From Trichoplax adhaerens (Eukaryota; Animalia; Placozoa), in NCBI RefSeq assembly GCF_000150275.1, contig NW_002060945.1:5381397-5445396 (forward strand): DNA of 64,000 nucleotides. The letters are read 5' to 3'. Below the pieces are notes generated by a model, which worked only from the letters and a program-made list of their open reading frames with translations, was not told where the DNA came from and searched no databases. Shown here one piece after another: positions 37,301-49,859 of this stretch. The first letter of the stretch is position 1. Every line of letters starts with the position of its first letter. Made by a program: the position numbers and the translations under genes.

Positions 37301-40300
37301 GATAGAAACGGCCAAACCAAATTTTGATATTATACTTAAAATTCTTTCGTGGATTGGTGTAATCTGGTAAGAGATCAGCAACGGAAGCTGTTACTCGTAC
37401 TAACTTTTCTAATCTACTAATTATTTAGCAGCCATCACTCACCGATATTTCTCGTAAAGACATTAAAATTGTAAAGCTAGTCAAATGATTGGTACTACAA
37501 GTAATACAGGATTCATTGCGATTAGCCATGACTACTCCATCGGTTAGCCATTTGCTTTTGGAAATAAGTGAATACAAATTAATTCATTATCAAATGGACG
37601 GATAAAATTAGTAAGAGTTTTAAATTCCGACTAAGCGGAGGATATATGTAGCAATATCTCTGGCATAATTTTAAAATAATTATTTTGGTTAAACTCGCAT
37701 GACATTCAATCACAAACCTCGTATTCCAGTATTGACATATTGGCAAATAAACCGAGGTATCTGACTATTATTTGTAAATAAATGAATAACAGATACAGTA
37801 TGTATCTAGAAGAATGATATACGCACCAGGCGAGTAATTATTGTTATTGTACTTACTAAATTTGATGCAGTTTATAAGTAATGGAATACCTTAATATCTG
37901 TAATAATGTCGATATTCTCTTTAAAAGGTTGTCGTAACTTTGGGTGGGTTACACATGAAATAACTGGAGCACTAAAACCTTTCAGTCGGTACAGGTGACA
38001 TAGAATGCTTACTTTAGCTATAACATAAGCAAAAGTGAGCATCGATAAGGATCCCTGAACATTTTCAAATCGATTAAAAGGCTAAATTATTGCTCTAACC
38101 TTGATGTTGTAGCAGCATAGTTGGTATCATAATCTTGACATTATCATTTTGAGACGGCGATTCAGTGATTCCAATGTTCAACCAGGAGGCATTAGAGCTC
38201 ATTTCCGAACTCATCAAAGTTGTACCTTTAATCGCTAAAAAGAAAAAATACTTCCATTAATTTGTTTAGCATTTCTATAGACCTTGGTTCATCTTCTCCT
38301 GTTATGTAAGAATCGCATTATTATCTAACTATGCAACTATTTCAAAAGCTAGACCCTTTCAAAAAGTTTCTGTCGTTAGTTAGCATTTATGCGAGTATTG
38401 TATCATTACTATTGACCGCTAGTTTGGAATTAATGTTGATAGTAGATCCAACTATCGGTACTAATGTTCTATATAATTGGGTAATGAAAGAATGGCCTGT
38501 ATAACCTTGAAAGGAATCAGCATAAGAAAAGTCGTTGATTTGATATTTCATCATCAAATGAAGCAGCTGATGATCGAAAACATCAACAGCATTTAGGAGC
38601 TTGCCGTTAGCACTCTTAATGGAAATTTGAATTGTTAGTAGAATGAAAATGATTTAGCGTTGCAGTTCTCATAATTACAAACTTGAATGATATTTTGACG
38701 AATAATCAAGCTAAGTTAGAATGATTGCCGCATGCCTACAATCCTTACCTTAATATGATCAGGGCTATTAGATAGATTTGATTGTGGAGTATCGGAAGAA
38801 CCATCATTATCGCAACAGGAGTTCATACCAGCTAGAGTTTGATTTCCAATAAAATGCTTCTTAACCATGTCGGTTAAAATTGATTTAATCTTATTGGATG
38901 TGGGCTAAAATAAAAGAATATCAATTGTATTACTCTACTGATCACTTGGGAGAAAGTTAATTCTTCAAAGCTTTAGGCAATAGTAATAGCTATTGCTCCT
39001 AGGGTAATTCATAGCATTAAAATTGAATATTTACCGTAGGTGTAGAATCAATGATGGATTGAAAATGAGTATGCGAATCATTTGCTTCAATTGCAAGGCC
39101 AGCAGTACTAAAAATGGATTTATTTTCTGTCGCCGTACTTGTCGTTAATAGTATCTCGGCTGCTTTTTCGAATGTTAGAGTAATGTATGAATCTTTTACA
39201 CCATTATACACCAATAATGAACTAGAAATACCACTAGTACTTCTAATAAGATGTAATGGGTTGTAGAATGAACTATCATCCATTCTTGTTAAATGCGATT
39301 GAACTGGCCATTTTGCAGTTTGCTCCGCTGAACTTTGCAAGCTAATAACAGAGCTAATACTCAATGCTGAAATAGAAGAAGACATAGATTGATCTGGTGC
39401 AACAAATGGCAAGCTAGACTGACTTGAATTTTGCATGCCAATTATAGAGTTACTTAATGCTAAAATGGAAGATTTGCCTTGAATTGATACAGAAGAGGTT
39501 AAGGTAGGACTGGTACTCGATATGAAATTAGAAGAAGATTCGACTTGAACTGGTACAGAAGGGGTTAAACTAGAGCTGATACTCGATATGAAATTGGAAG
39601 AAGATTTGACTTGAATAAGTGCAATATATAATAAACAAGAGCTACTGGTGGGATTTTCGATACAATCTGTAGTGGAAAAGGCTAGAGATTCTGCTACATT
39701 AGATTGAACTGCTGTCGATAGAATCTCAATTCTTCGTTGGATACTCGAACTCTTTTTACTTTGATGCATTGATGAAGCAGTGGCAGTATATGAAACAGAA
39801 GTAGTATCATAACTACCCAAGGTATCTATCAGGAAATAAAGGGAAAAAAATTCTGTTCGTAATTCATATTTACGTTTATACCTAGGATAGCACAACCAAA
39901 AATTGAGATATACACGAATGATATTACCTATTGTGACCAAATTCTCATCACATGAAAGGAAACTGGTTGTTGAGCTAGAAGTAGAAGCTAGTTCAAGATC
40001 AAAGTTTTCAGTTCTTGTAGGACTTACAGAACTAGGTGTCAAGTCTCCTATTTGATCGATGGTAAATGTGGGTGCTGTTACATGGTTACTGGGTACTTTG
40101 ATCATCATAGTTGGCGCATAGGAAGTTGTTGGCTGATCTAACTGTTCGTGAATGGACGAAATTACTATGAAATCATGTTGTGCTTCCGAGGTTGAGCTAG
40201 TTATACTTACAAATAGCTCATTAGAGGTACTGTCTATCATCTGATGATTCACTGAGTTCGTTGAATAATTAGAAGCCGTTTGAACAACATTTTCTTCGGA

Positions 40301-43300
40301 TGCATTGACATCCGTGCTTATACTATTAATTTTATGAAGATTTACGGCATGATAACTTGAAGTAGCTTGAAGATTGGTCGAATTGGATTCTTCATCTAGA
40401 GAGGAAAGGGACGACGGATGTAGGATAGTTTTTTCTGCAGTTACACTGTCAATAATGGTTGTCATAATTATGATTGAGCTATCGCCAGGATAATTCAGAC
40501 TTGATTGCACATGCAAGGATGACTCAATAGCTGAGAGAGTATAAGAACTTTTTAATAGCAACCTGGAACTGACTGTTAGGCTTGGATTTGAATTGATTAG
40601 TATATTCATGCCAGAAATGTCAATTAATGGAGTAGCGTATGGCACATCATAACTTGAAGGTTGAGGGTCTGCTATGATATAGAATCAAGATTAGGCACTG
40701 TACATATATTAAATTCCTTCTATTCCCTAACAGCAAAATTTAGAATGCATCTATAAGTGTTTTTGTTTATTTTTTACGATACAAATATTTTTTAGTAGAA
40801 TACTATATATCCTACATTTCTACAATACACAGTAAACATAAGATAATGTTATAACGACAATGTTTCTCTGATATAGAATCAAAATTATTCTATGTTCCGG
40901 ATACAAATGTTATGTTGCAGTGTATGGGTTCTTAATGTAAATCAATTCTTACTTTATTAACATATACAGCTTTACACTACATAGTACCACTATATTCCCT
41001 AACACATAGCTACTGTAATTAGCCGAAATCACTACATATGTCAATAGATTAATATATCGCGCAGTTCTATGATGCACAGTAGACACGGGATAATGAAATA
41101 AATTGATGACTGAAATTTAAAATCCTGTTTAATAAAGACTGATGCATTAATATATCTATGAAATATATATCCACTATTGGAGCTTTTGCGGTGTATTTTA
41201 TAAGTATTGTATTAATATAGCGATCATGAGCTAATTAAAATTCTTAATGGAGAATGGAGATAATTCATTCTCTTACTTTGCAAACGGTATGAGAGCTGTG
41301 ACTAACATACAAGAAGTGGCTTCAGAAATAGAAAGTAGCGATACTGAAAAGAACTTTGTAATTTTTCCATGTTAACATTCAGTAATAAATTGATTTTATT
41401 GCTTAGTGTAACATTTTACCTTCTACCTTCTACTTGATCAATGTTATAATAAACCGGCATGAGCCAGTAGTGTAATATCGGAAAAATGATTACAGCTAAT
41501 ATTCTAAATTATTCATGGTTTCTAGCGCAGTTTAGGAGTATCGAGATGAAAACAATCTCTTATTCTCCTATCACCACAATCTTCCAATAAATACAGTGAA
41601 AGGCGACAAGACAACTTGCCTATCAAGATATTCACTTCTCTTCAACATCATTGTATAATAGATCCAATATTTGACTGATATTAACTTACCTTGTTGGCTA
41701 TCAGGGATAATGCAACTACTTGTGGTTATCTGACTGTAGGGTGCCATTTCTATAATTTGTTCCTGATTGCCTTGCTCACAAATGAAAGCTGATAGATTTT
41801 CAACACAACTGACAGCTATCCAAGTTTCGTTGAATAAAGCACCACAAGAATAAGATGGACTTTGAATATCGATTTGGTCCCAGGCATGGAATGATGTATT
41901 TTTGACAGGAATTGGATATTTAAATTGCCAATTGAAATCTTGTTTACAAGCCGGTGTTCTCTTCCCAGTTAACCCCAGCCAGTAGGTTTGATTCCTATCT
42001 GTTAATTCAATTAATGTATCGTGAATTTCGCTTGTTAAAGCAAGTGCTAAACGACCATAGAGTTCACGGCATCGCTTCATTGCTAGTTCATAATTGGCAG
42101 TCTCTTGAATAACTTTATAGCAACGGTGATGTCGATAGATCCAACCATTTTCCGGGCACAGACCTATCCGATAGTGATAATCAAGATAGAGATTGAAGTA
42201 TTTTTTTAATCATTGCTGATTTCATAGGTAAATTACTTTGATTATGATATTCCAGGATATTAATACTAATAAAAGTAAAATTAGCTTACTAAATGAAACT
42301 TTAAACCAATATATGATAGAATGCTTATCCTATAAAAGAGTATTGTAAAGGAAAGCTTTACGTTGCTAATGGAAAATAAATCGATGATTTGACTATTATA
42401 ATCATTTACTTAATAACCTGTAACATAATACATACTAGTTTCAAAATTATGACATCTACGATTGAGTTTCTACGCTGTCACTAGTAATTTCAATTTGACA
42501 TTGATCATTTTATTTTTTATTGTATTTCAGTTTTCTAACACTTGATGTTGATGAATATTGTAAGTCAAGCAAGAATAAAACTTTTCTTCTATACTTATAC
42601 ATGATAGATGGAGAATTAACTCAGCTAATAAAGATAAAATCATTTGCAGTATAGGTATGCTATATGGTCAAGAAGTTCGATATCTGGTAATTGAAAGTAA
42701 ATTAGACAAGAAATGAAGGCTATCAACGCCTTGTAAAGTTTACTTACGCTTTTCACAGATATATTGGTATTGATTCAAGACACAATTGCTTTCAGATAAT
42801 TGTACATTATCAAGTCTTCTTATTGCAACTGTACATGGACACGATTCAAATTCTGAGTCTAAACTAGCTTGACGCATAGTAATTACGTTCTTAGAAGTAA
42901 CAGGTTCAAGTGGATCCAATTCTGATAGCTCTGAACTTAGCACTACATACCTTCTTTTATAACTTAGTAATAAATTTAAATATTTTAATTTAGATGCTGT
43001 ATCTATATTGGCTACACTAGTATCATCTCGATAACCGAACGCTTTGCAGATACCAGGGACATCACAGCCGCTAACATAATTCAATAATGATGATACAAAC
43101 CAACATATATTTAAATCTGCGTTATAATGCCAATCAATAGGGCAGCCAATATCTAGACAAATTGATGATTAAAAAGATCGAAATATTTCATTATTATTTA
43201 AAGAATTGGACTATATTAATAACATCCCACCCTATAAGCTAAATTAGAAGTATCCATATGGCATTACATCTGTCATTAATGTATCTAAATATTTTATCAT

Positions 43301-46300
43301 TATTTCAATTAATGGATTCTGTAAAGGAAATTCCATCTTATAAAGTAAATTAGAAGTATCTTTACGGTACTACATCTGTTCTGAATATTATCTACATACT
43401 TCACTATTATTTAAATTAATAGATTCTATAAATGGCATTCCACCTCATAAAGCAAATAAGAAGTATCTCTACGGTACTATATAACCTACCGATATCTACC
43501 ATGAATATCGGTAGATTCTACTTTGATATCAATCGATATCGCATGTTGTACCATTTGTGACTAACAATTATCTAAAACCTTCATTAAAGTACTATACGGA
43601 GGCTTTCCTAAATACAGTTTACTAAATAAGCTCTAGATGTGACTTGTTCATAATTTGTACTAAATAGTATGTACATAGGCATACAAGCAAGTAATCATTA
43701 TATATTTAGGTAAAGTTAAATCACTTTTAACCTTCCACTTTCTGGTGGATACCCTCCGTGCATAGGATAAATAGTAATTTTTAAGAATGAATTTATACAA
43801 GTATTGGAAAAGCTATTTTTCAGTGTATCTCGTAATCTACATAGCGGGACTCCAGTACTTTAAAAAAAAACATTTCCCAACAATAGTTCTTATAATTGGA
43901 AATAAAAATGGTACCAGTTCATAAATTATATTAAATAATGTGAACATTTGCATTAAATAAGAAATTGCTATATCCTAACTAGGACTCCAACACAAAGTAA
44001 GGTCACTTTTATTCTTCTATTTTCTGGTTGCTACACTCCATACATTGGATAAATTGTAAATTTTAAAAGTGAATTTATACAAGTATTGGAAAACCTATTT
44101 CCAACGCATCTTATCGGCTATATAGCTATTATCCAAAACTGACAGAAAATCATTTCATAATAGTAGTTTGTAGAATTGAAATTAAAAATGGTACCTGATG
44201 TATTAGTTGCGTTTACCGGGCATTTTGAAATTGTCAGTATAGGTATTACCTAAAAATACATTAAAACATAAATTAATTAGTTTTCGCATTATATAAGGAA
44301 ATGGGCCAGCCGGTAATTAAGATATAGAAACAAGAAAATAAGATGCATATTATGAGGCGTAGGCAGAAATGCAAATAATGCCCGGTATGTGGATAATGTC
44401 AAGTAACTTCATGCATTAGCTTAAATCTCCATGTTTTGAATTTGGATTCGAGGGTTGTGTACAGTACTAGAAATTATAATATTATTTAGGAGAAATTTTA
44501 CCACTAAATTCCTTATTTTGAGATACGATTAGTAGTAGGATCTGAAACTAACGTTAATAAGAAATTATATCCTTCATTGATTACGCTAATAAAGAACTAT
44601 GAAGAAAGAGTCTACTACAGATGTGTAATCATGCATAGCTAAGATTATTTATTAGAGATATTTAGATTCGAAAACAGAAACTATCTAGTCAATTCTTTTT
44701 CTCTCATATCTACGAAAAAATTTATAAAAGCATTAATTGATTTCACTATTAGGCACTGCATTTTATTTCTATTTCGAGTATTCGTATTGAATTCAAAGTA
44801 TTCGAACTTTTTTAAGACCAGTAGACAAAAGCTGCTTTCTATTAAGGATCATAACCAATAATTCAACCCGATTGTATTGATATTTAGCTCTAAACTTCTT
44901 ATAACTATGGAGACTAGACTGTAAATAAATAATATTGTAACACGTGCTCAAAATAAAATCAACCTTCCCTATAAAGTCTATAAAACTGTAAATTATTGTA
45001 AACTATCAGTAAACATAATTTATCATTAATTTATAATAGACTTATGTACAGAATCTTGGCACTATCAGTCCTTTACTAATAAAAGTAGAAAACCAATAAA
45101 TTGAATTTTGTTGCTACAGTTCAAGAAATTAATCATTTCATTGATATCTGATAATATTGCTTTAGTAAGTAGATATTAGCATCATAGACCCTCGAAAGCC
45201 ACTGAATTGTCCCTTCCTATGTTCAACAAATATGTAATATTAAAAATATACATATTCTGTTTGTATTCTATATTTCAGAAAAGTTATTTACGTATAAGGC
45301 ACATATATGCAGTATATTGATGCTAAAATAGTAAACATAATCCAATTGTTAATTTTAAAACTAAATTTTAAGCACTACTTAAGGATATAGATTTCATTAC
45401 AGCACGATCAAACTAGAATACGTATGATGCTTGGCTCTCATTTGTAATATAATGCTATATTACCAATAAAATTTATCTGTTGATGTATTGATAGTCTATG
45501 GATGATGTTAAACAGTGATATTCGTCGTCATATATAATTTAGGTTTGTTCTAACATAAATGTCTACGATATATTAATTAGCTATTGTCAGTAGCATGAAT
45601 GATAGTGTAGAGCAAATGTAATACTATATTTCAGAAAACTTATGCTCAGACAAGAGGGCATATAAATTTATAAAACTTGAATGAAGTAAACATCACTAGT
45701 ATCAGTACACGAGTACTGTATATTTGAATAATCTTTGAATCGGTATTGGTGATCTTAGGGAAATTATTTCTATTTCTACAAACTGGCATTGCTTTTGAAG
45801 TATTTTTTGTGCAGAAAATATCTGTGGAGCTCCAATACAGTTAATGAATAGATCTTCCTTAGATCAATAATCCTGTTTAAGCAATCAAATAAAAGACAAA
45901 CACAATATCAATAATAACTAGCTATAAAATAGGTATTTACACGTCAAAATGATCAGATTTCTTTTTGTCTAGACATTAATTAAAAATAGCAATACCAAAT
46001 GATTTATAACTATTGCATTATATCAGCCTACTATTGAGTCTTTATGGGTATAAAATGGATATTCTCGATGAAAGACATTTACGGATAGTACACTCTCTCA
46101 TTAAAAGATTAAAAACAGCGTTATGAGCACGGTACCAATACTATTAGTTAAATGATATAAAACAGTCAAGTATCACGTCAGATATTATTTAGGGATATGT
46201 AAAGGAATTCAAGTAGCGAATGCTTGTATACGTAGTGGAAATGTGCATAATTCAAAACTAAATGATAATTCATAAGGTTACATTAGATAACAGTGTTGTT

Positions 46301-48785
46301 AAAAGAAAAGTCGAAAAATTGTTTGTATCAGAAGACCAAGTGCAGTAGTAGTTGAGGTATTTAATTTCGCTACTTACTCTTCTGCACATATATAAGATGC
46401 TACCTCACCTATCATGCCCTTGCTATCTTATCATTTTTAACTGAGGAAGTACCTAAAATATTAACTGAATCTGTACTAAATAAATAATTCTTTTCAAAAT
46501 ATTGCTGCGATATTATTTAATAGTGTTAATGCTAGAGTGGAGATGGAATAGCGAAAGAATAATTTTACTGGGATATAATTAATTAGAATGATCTTTTCCG
46601 AGAAAAAAATTTCCTTATTAGGATCTTATTAATAAGCATTGCTTATTATATTTCACTTGCTCGCAAATTTAAGCGTAGAATTCACTTGAATAAATACATG
46701 AAGCATAAATATTAATGCTTTCTTCTTGTCAGACCTTACCTTGAAATCGGAACTATTTCATAAATACAAATTTTGCTAGAGTAATAGAAGCGATAAACTC
46801 TCTACTTCTGCCTTATTATGCTATATAATATATTAAGTTTTGAGAATTTCAGTTGTAGAAATATGTATGTATTACATATAGGTTAAGATGTCTTAAATGC
46901 TTGTATGATTTATTTTTGAAGATAGTTACTTAAAGCCATGAATTTTTCCGGTAGTATTTTGTTCTATTATATGGCATATTAAACTTAGGAAAGTCTAGTA
47001 TGAATATTTTCAAGCATTAACCAAAGCAATTAGTATGCTCTAATATATCATGACATGCAGCAAACTATATCCATATTTTGAACTTTCAAATACCAATATA
47101 AATTATAGATGGAATGGCTAGAAAATACGGATCAACAGATTCAACCATAAATTAATTATTGTTAATGCATGCCTCATAAACTACACGGATTTTAGAATGA
47201 TATCAAAATGTTTGGCATGATAATACTTCACTAGATGATAAAATTTAGAAATGAGTAGCTGAGCAAACTGATTCAGCTATTTATGCTAATCATAACACTA
47301 TCATTTTGTCTGATGCACAGGACGAGGTAATTAGCAAAATTTCCCGTGTGAATCTTGATGCATAAGGACTATAATATGACAAAAGATTTATAGTATGCCG
47401 ACTATATCCTTAGATGATCCTAGCGTTAGTGTAAATAGATTTATAGAACAAAAAGCACGCTACGTATTGGCAAAATCATAGAATTTGTAAATTATAGCCA
47501 TCATATGGATTATACCCTTGATAATAACATGCTGAAATACTGCAACTACGAGTATATCAGCGCAACAATTAAGTAGAAACTGATGAATGACGAACGAATT
47601 AAGCATTAGAAAGATTTATAACTATTTCTACTAAAATAATTGATGACAGCCTACTGATGGAATAGCAAACAAAACAATGATTACAAAACTGAAAATCTAT
47701 CAAGATGGCATACAGTAGTTGAAATAATAAGGATCTGTTCCGTTATCAATTCTTATTATTTACTAGAAGAGTTAATAGACAATCATTGATATAAAATTTA
47801 TATTAGTTTAACGACAGAAGCATACTAGAAAAATAAATTGATTCAAATAGTTATAGAGATTAAGTTTATACAACTATGGAAATTCTGAAATGTGAAGTAT
47901 TGCATTGAAGTCTATGCCGATATCTACAACTGTAAATAGATAAATTGTTCTTGGCACTTAACATAAATTTAAAACAAATTTTATAATAATAAGTATACGA
48001 AAATAAAAAATTGATCAATTCAAATATCATGAAGGAAATGTAAAGCTGAATTAAGGACTAGAAACTCTCATGTATTTGTTTCCCTGAAAGAATTGATATC
48101 ATTTACTACTACAGTACTGAGCTTATACAATGTGATTATTATAGTCGATCAGCTACGATAGCTTAATTCTATAAGAATTGAAAAATTATCTATTAAACAA
48201 GGTCTACTATATTGTCATAATCTATATTAACTGTAGGTCTCTCAACAATTGTATTTACTATAGAATCACTGCCATTAGATTGAATAAAAAAAGAAAAATC
48301 AAAAAGAAATTTCAGAGATGATCAGAAATAGACTAGATGTTATGATAGACCTTACAGTATAAATAGTAAAATCGATGAATGCCATTTTACCAAATTAACT
48401 AGAAATAGCTTTAACCATTCAGTTTTTTTGCAAAAATAAAACTTTCACCGGATTAAGGAGGTATTTTTAGTTGTAAACTATACTTTAAAGGGCTATATTA
48501 TGCCACACTACCTTATATACATTACCCAAATTTATCAGCTATATCTATCAGTATGCATAACTTTAGATATAAATTGTAGGACATTGATTTTGAACGCGGA
48601 ACTATTACTTATATTACCAAAGTATCAAGGATAATTAAGAAATTCGATATTTAAATTTATTCTTAATTTCCTCTTTAGTCATAAAGAACAAAATAAACGT
48701 AAAATTAATTGCAGTTACTTCACTAAGTTTTTAAAAATATTCTTACCCATACGATTAATACTGTGATGGACGATAACTTTGCCAT
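34303..48785 (-). CDS. Adhesion GPCR: signal peptide, two C-type-lectin-like domains, Ser/Thr-rich stalk, GAIN/GPS, secretin-like 7TM
   Basis: Signal exons 48785-48747 (MAKLSSITVLIVW) and ~44249-44196. CTL exons ~43152-42748 (CPIDW..CW..YICE) and ~42162-41690 (CPENGW..RCY..YWLGL..W..C..FICE). Stalk ~40670-39034. GPS CQYWNTSKW..CITCSTNHL/TSFTILM. 7TM: RNFIHACL, LHYFYLASFMWMLIEA, CWIS..FIGP, LLPLFGLTWLFG, NSLQGFLIFIFHC. TAA at 34305-34303. The link to the far 5' exons is less certain. Confidence 0.88.
35341..35690. repeat. Diverged intronic direct duplication (~140 bp, period ~208 bp)
   Basis: TATCAATCTCTTGATCG...CAGCAGTTT...GGCTATAGTATTTTAG...TGCCATTTATATT...CTTATGATTGTA occurs at ~35341 and ~35549. 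Confidence 0.85.
43222..43482. repeat. Diverged intronic tandem repeat, ~105-110 bp x ~2.4
   Basis: AAATTAGAAGTATC..TACATCTGT..TTATTT.AATTAAT.GATTCT.TAAA recurs at ~43240, ~43347 and (partially) ~43454. Confidence 0.8.
43720..44195. repeat. Diverged intronic duplication (~195 bp, period ~280 bp) that includes a 5' splice site
   Basis: TCACTTTTA..TTTCTGGT..GGATAAAT.GTAA..TGAATTTATACAAGTATTGGAAAA.CTATTT..TAAAAATGGTACC occurs at ~43721-43915 and ~44003-44195. Confidence 0.85.
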
Positions 48786-49859
48786 GCTTTAACTTGCTTT
48801 TAGGAATAGGGAATCGATTACTACAATCCAAACGACAAACTGGGCAAGCAGTCGTCAGATATAGGGCCTTAGTTTAAGGGGCAGGAAAAAATTAAAGTAG
48901 TTTGTATTGACTAGTAAGTGATTTACGATAATATGAATAAATAATTATATTCTTGATCTATGGTTAATTTTACAGTGATTAAAATTTGATCAATTACAAT
49001 CTTGATAACTTGAGCATTGTATTTAGCGAAGAGAACTGGATGAATTGATCAAAGGAAGCAAGAAAATCATCATTTGGTGATCAAAGTGACGTCAAGACAA
49101 GAGGGAAAGAGAATCAACTTGTGAGGAATCACCATTAATAATGACCTTATTACCATGTGTATAATAGATAAAGAATAATAAACGAAATATGTTTATTTAT
49201 GTTTATCATTGCAATTGTGAGAATATCATTATTGATAACAGATGTTCTGTCTAGCTTATTATCCATATATAAGTTGCCTTGATTGAGATAGGATGCTCGA
49301 TTTATCCGGAAAATCATATGTGATTATAAATTATTAATCAGAATTGATACGAAAGCAGCGATGACATGTATAGCCTACTATTCTCAATCGATAGTGTTAC
49401 TTTGTTATTGTTTCAATATCTTGCTGTTAAGCTTGAAAAAGGTGTAATAAGCGTAGTCGTATTGATATTATATGAAATGAATACTTTTTTTCTGATAGAA
49501 TTACTCCATGGCTAATATACTATCACGTTAAGGTTATTTAAAATTAGCACTACGCCAATGTAAGACAGATATTTATAGATAAATAATTTCAATCTACTTT
49601 ACCTGTTTATTGAGTATCGCTACTGATATTTGGGAGTGCACATAAAAATACAGCCGATGTTTATACAGGATCGATATTTCCCGTTGATAGCATTGTACTA
49701 CTAATTAATTTAATATTAATATCATAAAAATTTAAAATTGACTGGGTTAGAGGCCTAACATTCATACAGAAATGATATTTTCAGTTGATGGGGTTTGCTA
49801 AGTTTGCCAACTCTATATTACTTTATCAGGATTTGGGTCAGTAGAATAATAGGACTGAT

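Noticed and set aside
39017-40645. Stand-alone 542-aa mucin gene
   Set aside because: It is two exons of the adhesion GPCR stalk, read through a 102-nt stop-free intron and bounded by splice sites.
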